A stretch of 64,000 nt of DNA from an uncultured Acidimicrobiaceae bacterium (GCA_963823945.1 CAWGNK010000014.1:93112-157111), one strand, 5' to 3'. Shown: positions 28,648 through 39,600, counted from the stretch's first letter. The notes: a model not told the origin generated them from the letters alone. Numbers and translations are program-made.

Positions 28648-30008
28648 GCGAGCCGGATCTTTCCCGTCCCCGGCGGGTGCACATCGTCGGCGTCGGCGGC
28701 GCCGGGATGAGCGCGATCGCCACGGTGCTCGTCGCGATGGGGCACGAGGTGAGTGGCAGCGACCTGAAAGACGGCGTGCCGCTGGACCGGCTGCGCGCGC
28801 TGGGCGTGCGGATCGCGATCGGGCACGACCCGGCGAACATCGGCACCGCCGAGTTCCTGGCGATCTCGAGCGCGGTGGCCCCCACGAACGTCGAGGTCGT
28901 GGCGGCGAATGAGCGCCTGATCACCGTGCACCGCCGCGCCGAGCTGCTGCGGGCGATCAGCCGGCTGAAGCGCACGGTCGCCGTGTCCGGGACCCACGGC
29001 AAGACGACGACGAGCTCGATGCTCGCCCTCATCCTCGTCGAGGCGGGCCTGTCGCCGTCGTTCATCATCGGCGGGGAGATCAACGAGATCGGCTCCGGGG
29101 CGGTGTGGGACGAGGGCGAGTGGCTCGTCATCGAGGCCGACGAGAGCGACGGGACGTTCCTCGAGCTGGCGGCGGAGATCGCCGTCGTGACGAGCGTCGA
29201 GCGGGACCACCTCGACCACTACGGGTCGTTCTCGGCCCTGACGGAGGCGTTCGCGGCCTTTCTCGCCGCCGCGGCGCGCGCCGTCGTGTACGGCGACGAC
29301 CCGCTCGTGGCCGGACTCGCGCCGCCCGGTGCCACGAGCTACGGGTTCGCCGACAGCTCGGCCTGGCGGATCAGCGAGTTCGCCGGCGGACGCTCGGACG
29401 TGAGCTTCGTGCTGACCGGCCCGCAAGGGTCGGGCGCGCTCTCGCTGCCGGTGCCGGGGCGGCACAACGCCCTGAACGCCGCCGGAGCCGCGGCGGCAGC
29501 CGCCGCCGTCGGCGTCGACGCCGACGCGGTGCGCCGGGCGCTGGCGCGCTTCGGCGGCGTCGCGCGCCGGTTCGAGTTCCGCGGGGAGGCGCAGGGGGCG
29601 ACCCTCGTCGACGACTACGCCCACCTGCCGGGCGAGGTCGCGGCGGCGCTCGCCACGGCGAGGCGGGGCGGTTGGCGCCGGATCGTCTGCGTCTTCCAGC
29701 CGCACCGCTACTCGCGGATCGCGGCGCTGGCGGGCGAGTTCGCCGACTCCTTCGTCGATGCCGACGAGCTGTACGTCACCGACATCTACGGGGCCGGCGA
29801 GGCCCCCCGGCCCGGGGTCTCCGGCCGGCTCGTCGTCGACGCCGTGCTGGCCGCTCATCCCGGGGCCACCGTCTCCTACGTTCCCCAGCGCGCCGAGCTC
29901 ATCGGGCACCTGCGCCGGACGCTGCGTCCGGGCGACTGCTGCCTCACGCTCGGCGCCGGCGACGTGACGAGCCTCGCCGGCGACCTGCTCGCCGGGAAGG
30001 CCGACTAG
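28644..30008 (+). CDS. murC: UDP-N-acetylmuramate-L-alanine ligase MurC
   Basis: GVGGAGMS, GTHGKTTTS, EADESDG, DHLDHY, DDYAHLP, FQPHRYSR. Confidence 0.96.
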   Translation: MSEPDLSRPRRVHIVGVGGAGMSAIATVLVAMGHEVSGSDLKDGVPLDRLRALGVRIAIGHDPANIGTAEFLAISSAVAPTNVEVVAANERLITVHRRAELLRAISRLKRTVAVSGTHGKTTTSSMLALILVEAGLSPSFIIGGEINEIGSGAVWDEGEWLVIEADESDGTFLELAAEIAVVTSVERDHLDHYGSFSALTEAFAAFLAAAARAVVYGDDPLVAGLAPPGATSYGFADSSAWRISEFAGGRSDVSFVLTGPQGSGALSLPVPGRHNALNAAGAAAAAAAVGVDADAVRRALARFGGVARRFEFRGEAQGATLVDDYAHLPGEVAAALATARRGGWRRIVCVFQPHRYSRIAALAGEFADSFVDADELYVTDIYGAGEAPRPGVSGRLVVDAVLAAHPGATVSYVPQRAELIGHLRRTLRPGDCCLTLGAGDVTSLAGDLLAGKAD

Positions 30009-30015
30009 GAGGGCC

Positions 30016-30948
30016 GTGGTGCCCCCGCCCGTCCGGCCCGCCGGCGATCCGGCCGTCGAGGCCGCCGCGGCGCGCCTCGGCGGGGCGGCGCGGTTCGCCG
30101 CGCCGCTCGGCGCGCGCACGACCTACCGGCTCGGCGGAACCGCGGCGCTGCTGACGGTCGTCGACGACGAGGACGACCTGGCGGCCGTGGTCGCGGCGGT
30201 CGCCGCGAGCGGGATCGAGGTGCTCGTTGTCGGGCGGGGATCGAACCTGCTCGTCGCCGAGGCGGGGTTCCCGGGGCTCTGCGTCGTGCTCGGTGAGAGC
30301 TTCGCCGGCTGGCGGGCCGACAAGGACCGTGTCGTCGCCGGCGGGGCGGTCGCCTACCCGGCGCTGGCCCGGGCGACGGCCGAGGCCGGACTGGCCGGCA
30401 TGGAGTGGGCGGTCGGCATCCCCGGCTCGGTCGGCGGGGCCGTGCGGATGAACGCCGGCGGCCACGGTTGCCAGACCGCCGACCGTCTCGTCTCAGCCCG
30501 GCTCGTGGACCTGCGGACGGGGTCGGACCGGACGGTCGGGCGAGACGCACTCGCCCTTTCCTACCGCCACTCCTGTGTGCGCCCCGACGAGGTCGTGGTG
30601 CAGGCCTGCTTCGCCCTCGAGGCGGGAGACCGGGACGAGTCGGCCGCCCGCATCGCGGAGATCGTCGCCTGGCGGCGGGAGAACCAGCCGGGGGGGCGCA
30701 ACGCCGGGTCGGTCTTCCAGAACCCGCCGGGGGACTCGGCGGGGCGGCTGATCGAGGCTGCGGGCCTGAAGGACCTGCGCATCGGCGGCGCGCGGGTCTC
30801 CGCGGCGCACGCCAACTTCATCGAGGTCGAGCCGGGCGCCTCGGCCGACCAGGTCTACGGCCTCATCTGCGAGGTGCGCCGGCTCGTCGCCGAACGGTGC
30901 GGTGTCGAGCTCGAGCCCGAGATCTGCCTCGTGGGGTTCGCCCCGTGA
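30016..30948 (+). CDS. murB: UDP-N-acetylenolpyruvoylglucosamine reductase MurB
   Basis: GRGSNLL, GIPGSVGGAVRMNAG, NAGSVFQNP, HANFI, LEPEI. Confidence 0.95.
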   Translation: MVPPPVRPAGDPAVEAAAARLGGAARFAAPLGARTTYRLGGTAALLTVVDDEDDLAAVVAAVAASGIEVLVVGRGSNLLVAEAGFPGLCVVLGESFAGWRADKDRVVAGGAVAYPALARATAEAGLAGMEWAVGIPGSVGGAVRMNAGGHGCQTADRLVSARLVDLRTGSDRTVGRDALALSYRHSCVRPDEVVVQACFALEAGDRDESAARIAEIVAWRRENQPGGRNAGSVFQNPPGDSAGRLIEAAGLKDLRIGGARVSAAHANFIEVEPGASADQVYGLICEVRRLVAERCGVELEPEICLVGFAP

Positions 30949-31748
30949 CGGCCCCAGGCCGGCCGGCGCCGCCGGGGCGGCCCGACGGGGACCGCCACCA
31001 GGAGATCGACCGGCGGATCAGCGCGCGTCGTGCCGGGGTCGCCCGCCAGGCGGGCCGGAGGCGACTGAAGGGACTGATCGGCGTCCTCCTCGTCGTCGCG
31101 ATCGCCGGAGGGCTGTTCGCCATCGCGCACTCGCCGCTCGTCTCGGCGCGCCACGTCACCGTCAGGGGCGCGCAGCACACGACAAGGGCGGCGATCCTCG
31201 CGGCGGGTGGCCTCGCCGGTGACCCGCCGCTCATCGACGTCAACACCCTGGCCGACGCCCACGCCATCGAGCGGTTGCCGTGGGTGAAGACGGCGTCGGT
31301 CAGCGTGTCGTTCCCGTCGAGCGCCCGCGTCGTCGTGACGGAGCGCCACGCCGTGGCGGTCGTGCGGCTCGAGTCGGGTGGTGGCGCCCTCCTCGACGTC
31401 ACCGGGCGGGTCCTCGCCGACGTGCCGGGGCACCCGTCCGGGCTCGTCACCGTCGAGGGGCTGGCCCCGCCGCCGGCGCCGGGCGGGAGGGAGCGGGGTG
31501 CGGCGGCGCTGCTGGTCACGGCGGCGGCACTGCCGCCGAGTCTGGCCGCCCGGGTGGCGGCGCTGAAGACGGAGCCGGGCCTCGGGGTCGTCGCCGTGCT
31601 GCGCGGGGCGCCGCAGGTGATCTTCGGGTCCGACAGCGGTCTCGCCGAGAAGATGGTGGCGCTCGCGACGGTGCTTTCGAAGGTTTCACTGCAAGGTATT
31701 GCCACAATCGACCTGCGCGCACCGTCTGATCCGGTCTTGACCCCATGA
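30945..31748 (+). CDS. ftsQ: Cell division protein FtsQ/DivIB
   Basis: TM plus POTRA domain (LPWVKTASVSVSFP), ends IDLRAPSDPV; GTGA overlap. Confidence 0.88.
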   Translation: MTAPGRPAPPGRPDGDRHQEIDRRISARRAGVARQAGRRRLKGLIGVLLVVAIAGGLFAIAHSPLVSARHVTVRGAQHTTRAAILAAGGLAGDPPLIDVNTLADAHAIERLPWVKTASVSVSFPSSARVVVTERHAVAVVRLESGGGALLDVTGRVLADVPGHPSGLVTVEGLAPPPAPGGRERGAAALLVTAAALPPSLAARVAALKTEPGLGVVAVLRGAPQVIFGSDSGLAEKMVALATVLSKVSLQGIATIDLRAPSDPVLTP

Positions 31749-31765
31749 GGTGCCGGTCCTATGGT
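31737..31765 (+). promoter_or_regulatory. Sigma-A-type promoter upstream of ftsZ
   Basis: TTGACC (31737-31742)-N17-TATGGT (31760-31765); a second TATGGT at 31846-31851. Confidence 0.6.
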
Positions 31766-31965
31766 CGGCCTCGCTCACGCGTGCCTGAGACGCTCCGGTG
31801 GCCCGGGTCCGGTCCGCAGTTGGTCAGATGGGGGCGGTGACGGCGTATGGTCGCCAGGGAGATGTTCGGGGGACCACAGACGGCGGGGCTCGGGACCTCT
31901 GGGTCGCCGTCGGGGGCGTAGTCCCCGACGCTGGCGTGGTTCGCGGCAGGAAGGCAGCGTCACAG

Positions 31966-33087
31966 ATGTCCGAGGCAGCGCAGAGTTTCATCGCCGTCAT
32001 CAAGGTCGTCGGGATCGGCGGCGGCGGCGTCAACGCCGTGAACCGCATGATCGACTCGGAGCTGCGCGGCGTCGAGTTCGTCGCCGTGAACACGGACGCG
32101 CAGGCGTTGCTGCTGAGCGAGGCGGATCTCAAGCTCGACATCGGCCGCCAGCTGACGCGCGGGCTCGGTGCCGGTAGCGACCCGGAGGTCGGGCGCGCCG
32201 CCGCGCTCGACCACGTCGAGGAGATCGGCGAGGCCCTGAAAGGCGCCGACATGGTGTTCATCGCCGCCGGGGAAGGGGGCGGCACCGGCACCGGCGGAGC
32301 GCCCGTCGTCGCCGAGGTGGCGCGCGAGCTCGGCGCGCTGACCGTGGCGATCGTGACGAAGCCGTTCGCCTTCGAGGGGCGTCGGCGCGCGATGCAGGCG
32401 GAGAAAGGGATCGAGCGGTTGCGCGAGCAGGTCGACACGTTGATCGTCATCCCGAACGACCGCCTGCTGACGCTCGCCGACTCCAACACGACGATGGTGG
32501 AAGCCTTCAAAATGGCCGACAATATCCTGTTGCAGGGTGTGAAGGGCATCACCGATCTCATCAACATGCCGGGGCTCATCAACACCGACTTCGCCGACGT
32601 GCGCACGATCATGCACGACGCCGGCTCGGCGATCATGGGCGTCGGCATCGCCTCGGGCGAGGGGCGGGCGCTCACCGCCGCCCACCACGCGATCACGAGC
32701 CCGCTGCTCTCGTCGGCCTCGATCGACGGCGCGCGCGGCATCGTGCTCAACATCGCCGGCGGGAGCAATCTCGGGCTGTTCGAGGTGAACGAGGCGGCCG
32801 AGGCGATCCATGCGATCGCCCACCCGGACGCGAACATCATCTTCGGCAGCGTCATCGACGAGGAGCTGGGCGACGCGGTGCGCGTGACGGTCATCGCCGC
32901 GGGCTTCGACACCTTCGACGAGTCGAGCTTCGGCCCGCCGGGGCGCGAGACGGAGGAGAGCTCCCCCTACGGCGCCCAGTACCCGCACCCACCGGAGGGC
33001 TACCACACGACGGAGTCGTTCGCCGTCGACGACGACGATCTCGACCTCGGTGACGACGAGTTCGACGTCCCGTCGTTCCTGCGCTGA
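31966..33087 (+). CDS. ftsZ: Cell division protein FtsZ
   Basis: [34 protein letters not shown]-terminal DVPSFLR. Confidence 0.98.
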   Translation: MSEAAQSFIAVIKVVGIGGGGVNAVNRMIDSELRGVEFVAVNTDAQALLLSEADLKLDIGRQLTRGLGAGSDPEVGRAAALDHVEEIGEALKGADMVFIAAGEGGGTGTGGAPVVAEVARELGALTVAIVTKPFAFEGRRRAMQAEKGIERLREQVDTLIVIPNDRLLTLADSNTTMVEAFKMADNILLQGVKGITDLINMPGLINTDFADVRTIMHDAGSAIMGVGIASGEGRALTAAHHAITSPLLSSASIDGARGIVLNIAGGSNLGLFEVNEAAEAIHAIAHPDANIIFGSVIDEELGDAVRVTVIAAGFDTFDESSFGPPGRETEESSPYGAQYPHPPEGYHTTESFAVDDDDLDLGDDEFDVPSFLR

Positions 33088-33114
33088 GGGGCCGATTCGC
33101 CGGCGCGCCACCAC

Positions 33115-33771
33115 CTGACCGGAAACGCCGTCGTCGCGACGACCTCGGCCGCCGACGGTGACGCCCGTCCGGCGCGCCTCGGCGGGAGACCCGGTGACCC
33201 GGTCGCGGCGGCGCTCGTGGCCCTGCCGTGGACCTTTGTCCGCCAGGTGCACGGGGCGGCCGTGCTCGTGGTCGGCGGCGCCGTGGCCGAGCCCGCCTGC
33301 GCGGACGCCATCGTCACGACCGCCGCCTCGACGGCGCTCGGCGTGCTCGGCGCCGACTGCCCGCTGGTGGGGCTCGCCAGCCCGGAGGGCGTGATCGGTG
33401 TCGCCCACGCCGGCTGGCGGGGACTCGCCGCCGGGGTGGTCGAGGAGGCGGCGGCGGCGATGCGCCGGTTGGGGGCGTCGACGATCGAGGCGGTCGTCTC
33501 GGCGTGCATCCACGCCGAGTGCTACCCGTTCGGCGCGGCCGAGCTCGCCGCGCTGGGCCACCGTCTCGGCCCCGGCGTGGTGGCCGAGACGGCCGACGGA
33601 TCGCCCGCACTCGACCTGCCGGCGGCCGTGCGGGGCCGGCTCGCCGGCGCCGGAGTCGACCTCGTCGGCGAGGTGGGGGAGTGCACGGCGTGCTCGGGGG
33701 CGTACTTCAGCTACCGCAAGCGACGCGACACGGCCCGCCACCTGCTCGGCGTGTGGCTGGAGTCGCCGTGA
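33115..33771 (+). CDS. pgeF: PgeF/YfiH family protein (start uncertain: CTG 33115 or GTG 33217)
   Basis: QVHG, ADC, HAGWRG, CT...YFSYR; position after ftsZ. Confidence 0.85.
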   Translation: MTGNAVVATTSAADGDARPARLGGRPGDPVAAALVALPWTFVRQVHGAAVLVVGGAVAEPACADAIVTTAASTALGVLGADCPLVGLASPEGVIGVAHAGWRGLAAGVVEEAAAAMRRLGASTIEAVVSACIHAECYPFGAAELAALGHRLGPGVVAETADGSPALDLPAAVRGRLAGAGVDLVGEVGECTACSGAYFSYRKRRDTARHLLGVWLESP

Positions 33772-34463
33772 CGGGCCCCGGCGGGACCGGCTTCGGTGAC
33801 GTCGGCGCGCGTCTGGCCGAGCTGCGCCGGCGGATCGCGGCCGCCGGCGGCGACGCCGCGAGGGTGCGGATCGTCGCCGTCACCAAGGGGTTCGCGCCGG
33901 GGGCCGCCGAGGCGGCGCTAGCGGCGGGCTGTCGCGACCTCGGCGAGAACTACGCCGACGAGCTCGTCGCCAAGGCGGCCCGGCTTCAGGCGGCGGGGCG
34001 GGACGCCGGAGTGTGCTGGCACCTCATCGGTGGCATCCAGCGCCGCAGCGTGGCGCGGCTGGCGCCCTACGTCGGGCTGTACGAGACGGTGGACCGCCTC
34101 GAGGAGGGGGTCGCGCTCGCCCGCCACGCGCCGGGCGCCGCCGTGCTCGTCGAGGTCGACACGACGGGACTGCCGGGGCGGGGGGGCGTCGCGCCCGACG
34201 CGGCGGGCCGGCTCGTCGAGGGGCTCGTCGGGCTGGGCCTCGACGTGCAGGGACTGATGACCGTGGCCGCGCCGGGTGACGCCGACGGCGCGCGGCGTTG
34301 CTTCGCCGCCGTCTCTAGCCTCGTGGCGGAACTCGGGCTGGCCGAGGCGTCGATGGGGATGAGCGACGACTTCGAGATCGCCGTGGCGGAGGGCTCGACG
34401 ATGGTCCGTGTCGGACGGGCGCTGTTCGGTCCACGTGCCGCGCGAGCAGCGATGCGAGAATAG
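33768..34463 (+). CDS. yggS: PLP homeostasis protein YggS/PLPBP
   Basis: VAVTK, GENY, WHLIG, GLMT, SMGMSDDFEIAVAEGSTMVRVGRALFG. Confidence 0.94.
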   Translation: MTGPGGTGFGDVGARLAELRRRIAAAGGDAARVRIVAVTKGFAPGAAEAALAAGCRDLGENYADELVAKAARLQAAGRDAGVCWHLIGGIQRRSVARLAPYVGLYETVDRLEEGVALARHAPGAAVLVEVDTTGLPGRGGVAPDAAGRLVEGLVGLGLDVQGLMTVAAPGDADGARRCFAAVSSLVAELGLAEASMGMSDDFEIAVAEGSTMVRVGRALFGPRAARAAMRE

Positions 34464-34484
34464 GCTCGGCCAAGAAGGAGACCG

Positions 34485-34985
34485 ATGTCGTCGTTCATGA
34501 ACAGAGCACTCGCCTACCTCGGCCTGCGGGACATCGAGGAGGAGGAGTTCTACTCCGAGGGCGCAACGACCGGCGCGCCGTCCTCGCTGGGGGACAGGGC
34601 GGTCTACCCCGACGCACCCGGCGACGAGGCCGAGAGCCGCGGCCCCACGGCGACGGTCCGCCCGATCGGCGGCGCCGCGGTCCGGCCGCTCGCCGCCGGG
34701 ACGTTCGCGGCCAGCAAGGTCCACGTCGTCGCGCCGGTGCACTTCCGCGACGCCCAGGAGATCGGCGATCTCGTGAAGCAGGGGAGCCCGGTGATCGTCA
34801 ATCTGCAGGTGAGCGAGCGCGATCTGGCGCGGCGCATGATCGACTTCTGCTCCGGGCTGACCTACGCGCTCGACGGCCAGATGGAGAAGGTCGCCGACCA
34901 GGTCTTCCTGCTCGCCCCCTCCAACGTCGAGGTTTCACCCGAGGAGCGGCTGCGCCTGCAGCAGCGTGGCCTCTACCGGCCCTAG
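34485..34985 (+). CDS. sepF: Cell division protein SepF
   Basis: YLGL amphipathic N-terminus, PVIVNL, RRMIDFCSGLTYALDG, FLLAPSNVEV. Confidence 0.95.
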   Translation: MSSFMNRALAYLGLRDIEEEEFYSEGATTGAPSSLGDRAVYPDAPGDEAESRGPTATVRPIGGAAVRPLAAGTFAASKVHVVAPVHFRDAQEIGDLVKQGSPVIVNLQVSERDLARRMIDFCSGLTYALDGQMEKVADQVFLLAPSNVEVSPEERLRLQQRGLYRP

Positions 34986-35021
34986 GCCCGAGGCGGGCGC
35001 GGGCAGGCTCGGAGGGCGGCG

Positions 35022-35285
35022 GTGATCCTCCACATCGTCGTCGAGGTGATCCAGCTCTACATCCTGGTGCTGTTCGTCCGCATCATGCTCACCTGGTTCC
35101 CGACGAACCCGTGGTCGGGGATGGGGCGCTTCGAGCGGGTGCTGGGCAGGTTCACGGACCCGGTCCTCGCGCCGGTCCGGCGCGTGCTGCCGCCGCTGCG
35201 CGTCGGCGGCGGGGCGGTCGACCTGTCGCCGCTCGTCGTCCTCGTCGGGCTGGAGATCCTCGTCTCGGTGCTGGCGAGGCGCTGA
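35022..35285 (+). CDS. yggT: YggT/YlmG family membrane protein
   Basis: TWFP, TDPVLAPVRRVLPPLRVGGGAVDLSPL. Confidence 0.92.
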   Translation: MILHIVVEVIQLYILVLFVRIMLTWFPTNPWSGMGRFERVLGRFTDPVLAPVRRVLPPLRVGGGAVDLSPLVVLVGLEILVSVLARR

Positions 35286-35349
35286 GGCGCGGGCCGCGGC
35301 GGGTGGCGGTATCCACCAGCTGCGGTTATTGGCCGCGTACCATGCTGAC

Positions 35350-36279
35350 ATGGAAATATCCGGACAAGTCCTGCGCGACGTGGAGTTCGTCACGCGATTG
35401 CGCGGGTACGACACCGACGAGGTCGACGAGTTCCTGGAACGGGTCGCCGTCGCGATCGACGACCTCAAGGCCCAGCTGGGCGCGGTCCGCGAGAAGCCGG
35501 AGCACGCCGAGGGCCCGGACCTTGACGACGAGAGCCTGCGCCGCACGCTCGTGCTGGCCCAGCGCACCGCCGACCTCGCCGTGCGCGAGGCCCGCGAGGA
35601 GGCCGCGACCCTGCTCGAGGACGCGCGCCAGGAGGCCGCGGCGCTGGCCGCCTCGACCCGCGAGGAGGCCGGCCGCCTCCGTTCGGACGCCGAGCGGGAT
35701 GCCCGCCAGCGGATCATCGACCTCGAGGCGCGCCAGGCCCAGCTCGAGAGGGAGATCGAGGAGCTCGGCCGGTTCGCCCTCGCCGAGCGGGGAAGGATTT
35801 CGGCGGCGCTGTCCGCCGCGCTCGAGAGCCTCGGCAGCATGCTGAGCATCGACCGCGAGCCCCTCGTCCGGTCGGTCGAGCCGGCCGACGTGCCGGCCGA
35901 CGACACGGTCGCGATGCCGACGGCACCGGAGCCCGGGCCGGTCGACGACGAAGCCGGCGACGGCCTGGATGACGACGAGGACACCGGCGAGGCGCCGGCC
36001 GTCTTCCGGCCGGCGGCCGAGGAGCGCCCGCACCGCCAGAGCCTCGCCGCCCAGCTCGGGCTGACCGACGACGACGCCGGCCGCGACGAGCCTCCCCGGC
36101 CGCCCAACGGGCGGAACCTGCACGCGGTGGACTCGGCGGAGAGCGACGACCCGGACGAGGCGCTGTGGCAGCGCTGGGCCCGCGGCGCCGACCTCGACGC
36201 CTCACCGGGCAGCGGCCGGCGTTCGATGCGGTCGACCCCGCCCCGGCCGGGCCACCGCGATGGCGGTTGGACGGCCTGA
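35350..36279 (+). CDS. divIVA: DivIVA domain protein
   Basis: F...LRGYDTDEVDEFLERV, RTLVLAQRTAD coiled coil; TACCAT 6 nt before ATG suggests leaderless start. Confidence 0.9.
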   Translation: MEISGQVLRDVEFVTRLRGYDTDEVDEFLERVAVAIDDLKAQLGAVREKPEHAEGPDLDDESLRRTLVLAQRTADLAVREAREEAATLLEDARQEAAALAASTREEAGRLRSDAERDARQRIIDLEARQAQLEREIEELGRFALAERGRISAALSAALESLGSMLSIDREPLVRSVEPADVPADDTVAMPTAPEPGPVDDEAGDGLDDDEDTGEAPAVFRPAAEERPHRQSLAAQLGLTDDDAGRDEPPRPPNGRNLHAVDSAESDDPDEALWQRWARGADLDASPGSGRRSMRSTPPRPGHRDGGWTA

Positions 36280-36412
36280 GCGGATCCGCGGGCCGCATCG
36301 GACGAAGGTCTCCCCCCCAACGACTGGCGTCGCGTCGGCGTTGAGTCCTCGGGGGTGGGCCCGCACCGGGGAGCCGGGGTGGATGGTGTGAACCGGCCGC
36401 GCCGGTAGGTCT

Positions 36413-36604
36413 GTCGACCACAGCGGTCGTTCCCTTCTCGGGACGCTCCCAGGACGCGCGGCACCGGCGAGCACCCAGGTGTGCTCGCTGGCTTGGACCG
36501 GGGCACGATCTAGCCCTAGGGCTCGAAGCCCTGGCGGAACCAGTGCTCACCGGTCGGTGGCTCGGTTGACCAGCCTCGCTCGTTGATCAGGCGAGGTGGT
36601 CGAT
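36413..36604. ncRNA. Candidate structured non-coding RNA between convergent divIVA and ileS
   Basis: End-to-end helix 36414-36421/36596-36603 enclosing helices 36464-36474/36481-36491, 36496-36506/36543-36555 and 36516-36523/36527-36534; no credible ORF. Confidence 0.35.
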
Positions 36605-36609
36605 CCCGA

Positions 36610-39600
36610 TTAGGCGGGTGGAGCTCCCGCGCCGGTGGCGCGCCCGAGACAGACCGTGACCGTCCGGCCGTCGGGGAGTTCGTACTCGCCCTGGAACGCG
36701 CCGTCCGGCGCCCCGGCGCCGCCGTCGGCGGTGACGACGGCGAGTGACTCCGCCAGTGTCTGGCGGCGGAGCTCGGCGCCCCAGACCGACAGCACGGCGC
36801 CGACGTCGCCCGGCACGGTGAGGACGAGATCGATCCGGTCGCTGATCACGAGATCGGCGTCCCGGCGGGCCTGCTGGACGAGGCGCACGAGGTCGCGCGC
36901 CGTGCCCTCGGCCTCGAGCTCAGGGGTGGGCTCCGTGTCGAGGACGACGACGCCACGCTCGTCGTCGATGACGCGCCCGGCGGCCGGATCCCGCGGCACG
37001 TGGCGCAGGTCGAACTCGCCGGGCTCGAGGACGACCCCGGCGACGGCGATCCTGCCGTCGCCCAGCGCCTCCCACTCGCCGGCGCGGACCGCCCGGATCA
37101 CCTGCTGGGTGGCGGCACCGAGACGTGGTCCGATCGCCGCGGGGACGACGGCGAGCGACGTCGCGGCGTACGCCTCGGGGTCCGGTGTGAGCGTGACCGC
37201 CTTCACGTTGACCTCCTCGGCGATGAGGTCGGTGAAGGGCCCGAGCCCGGCGGCCCCGTGGTGGGCGACGGTGACCCGCGCCAGCGGCAGGCGGGCGCGC
37301 AGTCCCGCCGCCTTGCGCACCGAGTGGATGGCCGAGCACACCTCGCGGACGAGATCCATCGACTCGACGAGGGCGGGATCGGCGGGGAGCTCCTCGGGGT
37401 CGGGCCAGTCGGCGAGGTGGACGCTGCGGGCGCCAGAGAGCTGCCGGTAGATCTCCTCGGCGAGGAAGGGCAGCAGCGGCGCGGCGACGCGGCAGAGCAC
37501 CTCGAGCACGGTGTGGAGCGTGTCGTAGGCGTCGGTCTTGTCGGCGTCGGCCGCGATGTCGCCGGAGAACGACCGCCAGAACCGTTCCCGGCTGCGGCGG
37601 ATGTACCAGTTCGTGAGGGCGTCGAGGAAGCCCGAGTAGGCCGCCGCCGCGCCGGCAAGGTCGTAGGCGTCAAACGCCGCCGTCACGGTCTCGAGAAAGA
37701 CCCGCGTCTTGGCGAGGATGTAGCGGTCGAGCAGCCCCTGTTGATCGCGCCGCACGCACCCGACGACGCCGTCGCTGCGGCCGTAGAGGGAGAGGAAGTG
37801 CCACGAGTTCCAGATCGGGTTGAGCACCACGCGCACCGGCTCCGACATCGCGGCTTCCTCGATGACGGCGTCGAGCCCGCGTAGCACCGGCGAGGAGAGC
37901 AGGTACCAGCGCATCGTGTCGGCGCCGTCGCTGGCGAAGAACTCCTCGGGGTCGGGGAAGTTCTTGAGGCGCTTCGACAGCTTCCGGCCGTCGTTGCCGA
38001 GAAGGATCCCGTGGGCGATGCAGTGCGCAAAGGCCGGCCGGTCGAACAGCGCCGTCGCCAGCACGTGCATCGTGTAGAACCAGCCCCGGGTCTGGCCGAC
38101 GTACTCGCAGATGAGGTCGGCCGGGAAGTGCTCCTCGAAACGCACCGCGTTCTCGAACGGATAGTGCAGCTGCGCGAAAGGCATCGAGCCGGATTCGAAC
38201 CAGCAGTCGAGGACGTCCTCGACCCGCCGCATCGTCGAGCGCCCCGTCGGGTCGTCGGGGTTCGGCCGCGTGAGCGCGTCGATCCCCGGGCGGTGGAGGT
38301 CAGCGGGGCGGACGCCGAAGTCGGCCTCCAGCTCGTCGAGGCTGCCGTAGACGTCGACGCGGGGGTAGGCGGGGTCGTCGCTCTTCCAGACCGGGATGGG
38401 GGTCCCCCAGAAGCGGTTGCGCGAGATCGACCAGTCCCGTGTCCCCTCGAGCCAGTTGCCGAAAGCTCCCGGACCGACATGCTCGGGAACCCAGTGGATC
38501 CGCCGGTTCAGCTCGACCATCCGGTCCTTGATGGCGGTGACCTCGACGAAGAACGAGCTCATCGCGCGGTAGATGAGCGGCGTGTCGGATCGCCAGCAGT
38601 GCGGGTAGTTGTGGACGTACTCCTCGCGCCGCACGAGGGAACCGGATTCGCCGAGACGCTCGATGACTCGCTCGTTCGCCTCGAAGACCTGCGTCCCGGC
38701 GAGCTCGGGGATGGTCTCGTCGAAGCAACCCCGGTCGTCGACCGGGCAGACGACGGCGATCCCCGCCGACTCGCAGAGCCGCTGGTCGTCCTCGCCGAAG
38801 CCGGGCGCCATGTGGACGATGCCCGTCCCCTCCTCGGTGGTGACGAAGTCGGCTGCGAGCACGCGGAAGGCGTTCGGCTCGGCGGCGAAGTAGCCGAAGA
38901 GCGGGCGGTAGGTCCGCCCGACGAGCTCGGCGCCCGCCACCGTGCCGACGAGCTCGGCACCGGCGAGCTCGGGGCCGTACTCGGCGGCCCGGGACTCACC
39001 GATCAGGTAGCGCACGCCGTCGCGTTCGTAGACCGCGTACGTGATCGACGCGCCCACCGCGAGCGCGAGGTTCGACGGCAGCGTCCACGGGGTCGTCGTC
39101 CAGGTGAGGGCGCGCACCTCCCCGGCGGCCGGGCCGCTCGTGCCGGGGGCCGGATCGAGCGTGATCGCCACGGTGACGGCCGGGTCGACGCGCTCGCGCA
39201 ACGCGTCGTCCTGGCGCGTCTCGAAGTTCGAAAGCGGCGTCTCGCACTCCCAGCAATAAGGCAGCACGCGCAGGCCTTCGTAGACGAGCCCGCGCTCGTA
39301 GAGCGTCTTGAAGGCCCAGATGACGCTTTCCATGTACGAAGCGTCCATCGTCTTGTAGTCGTTCTCGAAGTCGACCCACCGTCCCTGGCGGGTGACGTAG
39401 CGCTCCCAGGCCGCGGTGTAGCGCAGCACCGAGGTCCTGCAGCGGTCGTTGAAACGGTCGATCCCGTAGGCGGTGATCTGGGCGCGTCCTGAGACGCCGA
39501 GCTCGCGCTCGACCTCGTGCTCGGCGGGCAGACCGTGGCAGTCCCAGCCGAAGCGACGCTCGACACGGCGGCCGCGCATCGTGTGGTAGCGCGGCATCGC

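Noticed and set aside
36364-36375. CACCGGGGAGCC resembling part of the actinobacterial ileS T-box
   Set aside because: No T-box UGGNACC antiterminator motif follows, and it lies at the 3' end of ileS on the opposite strand
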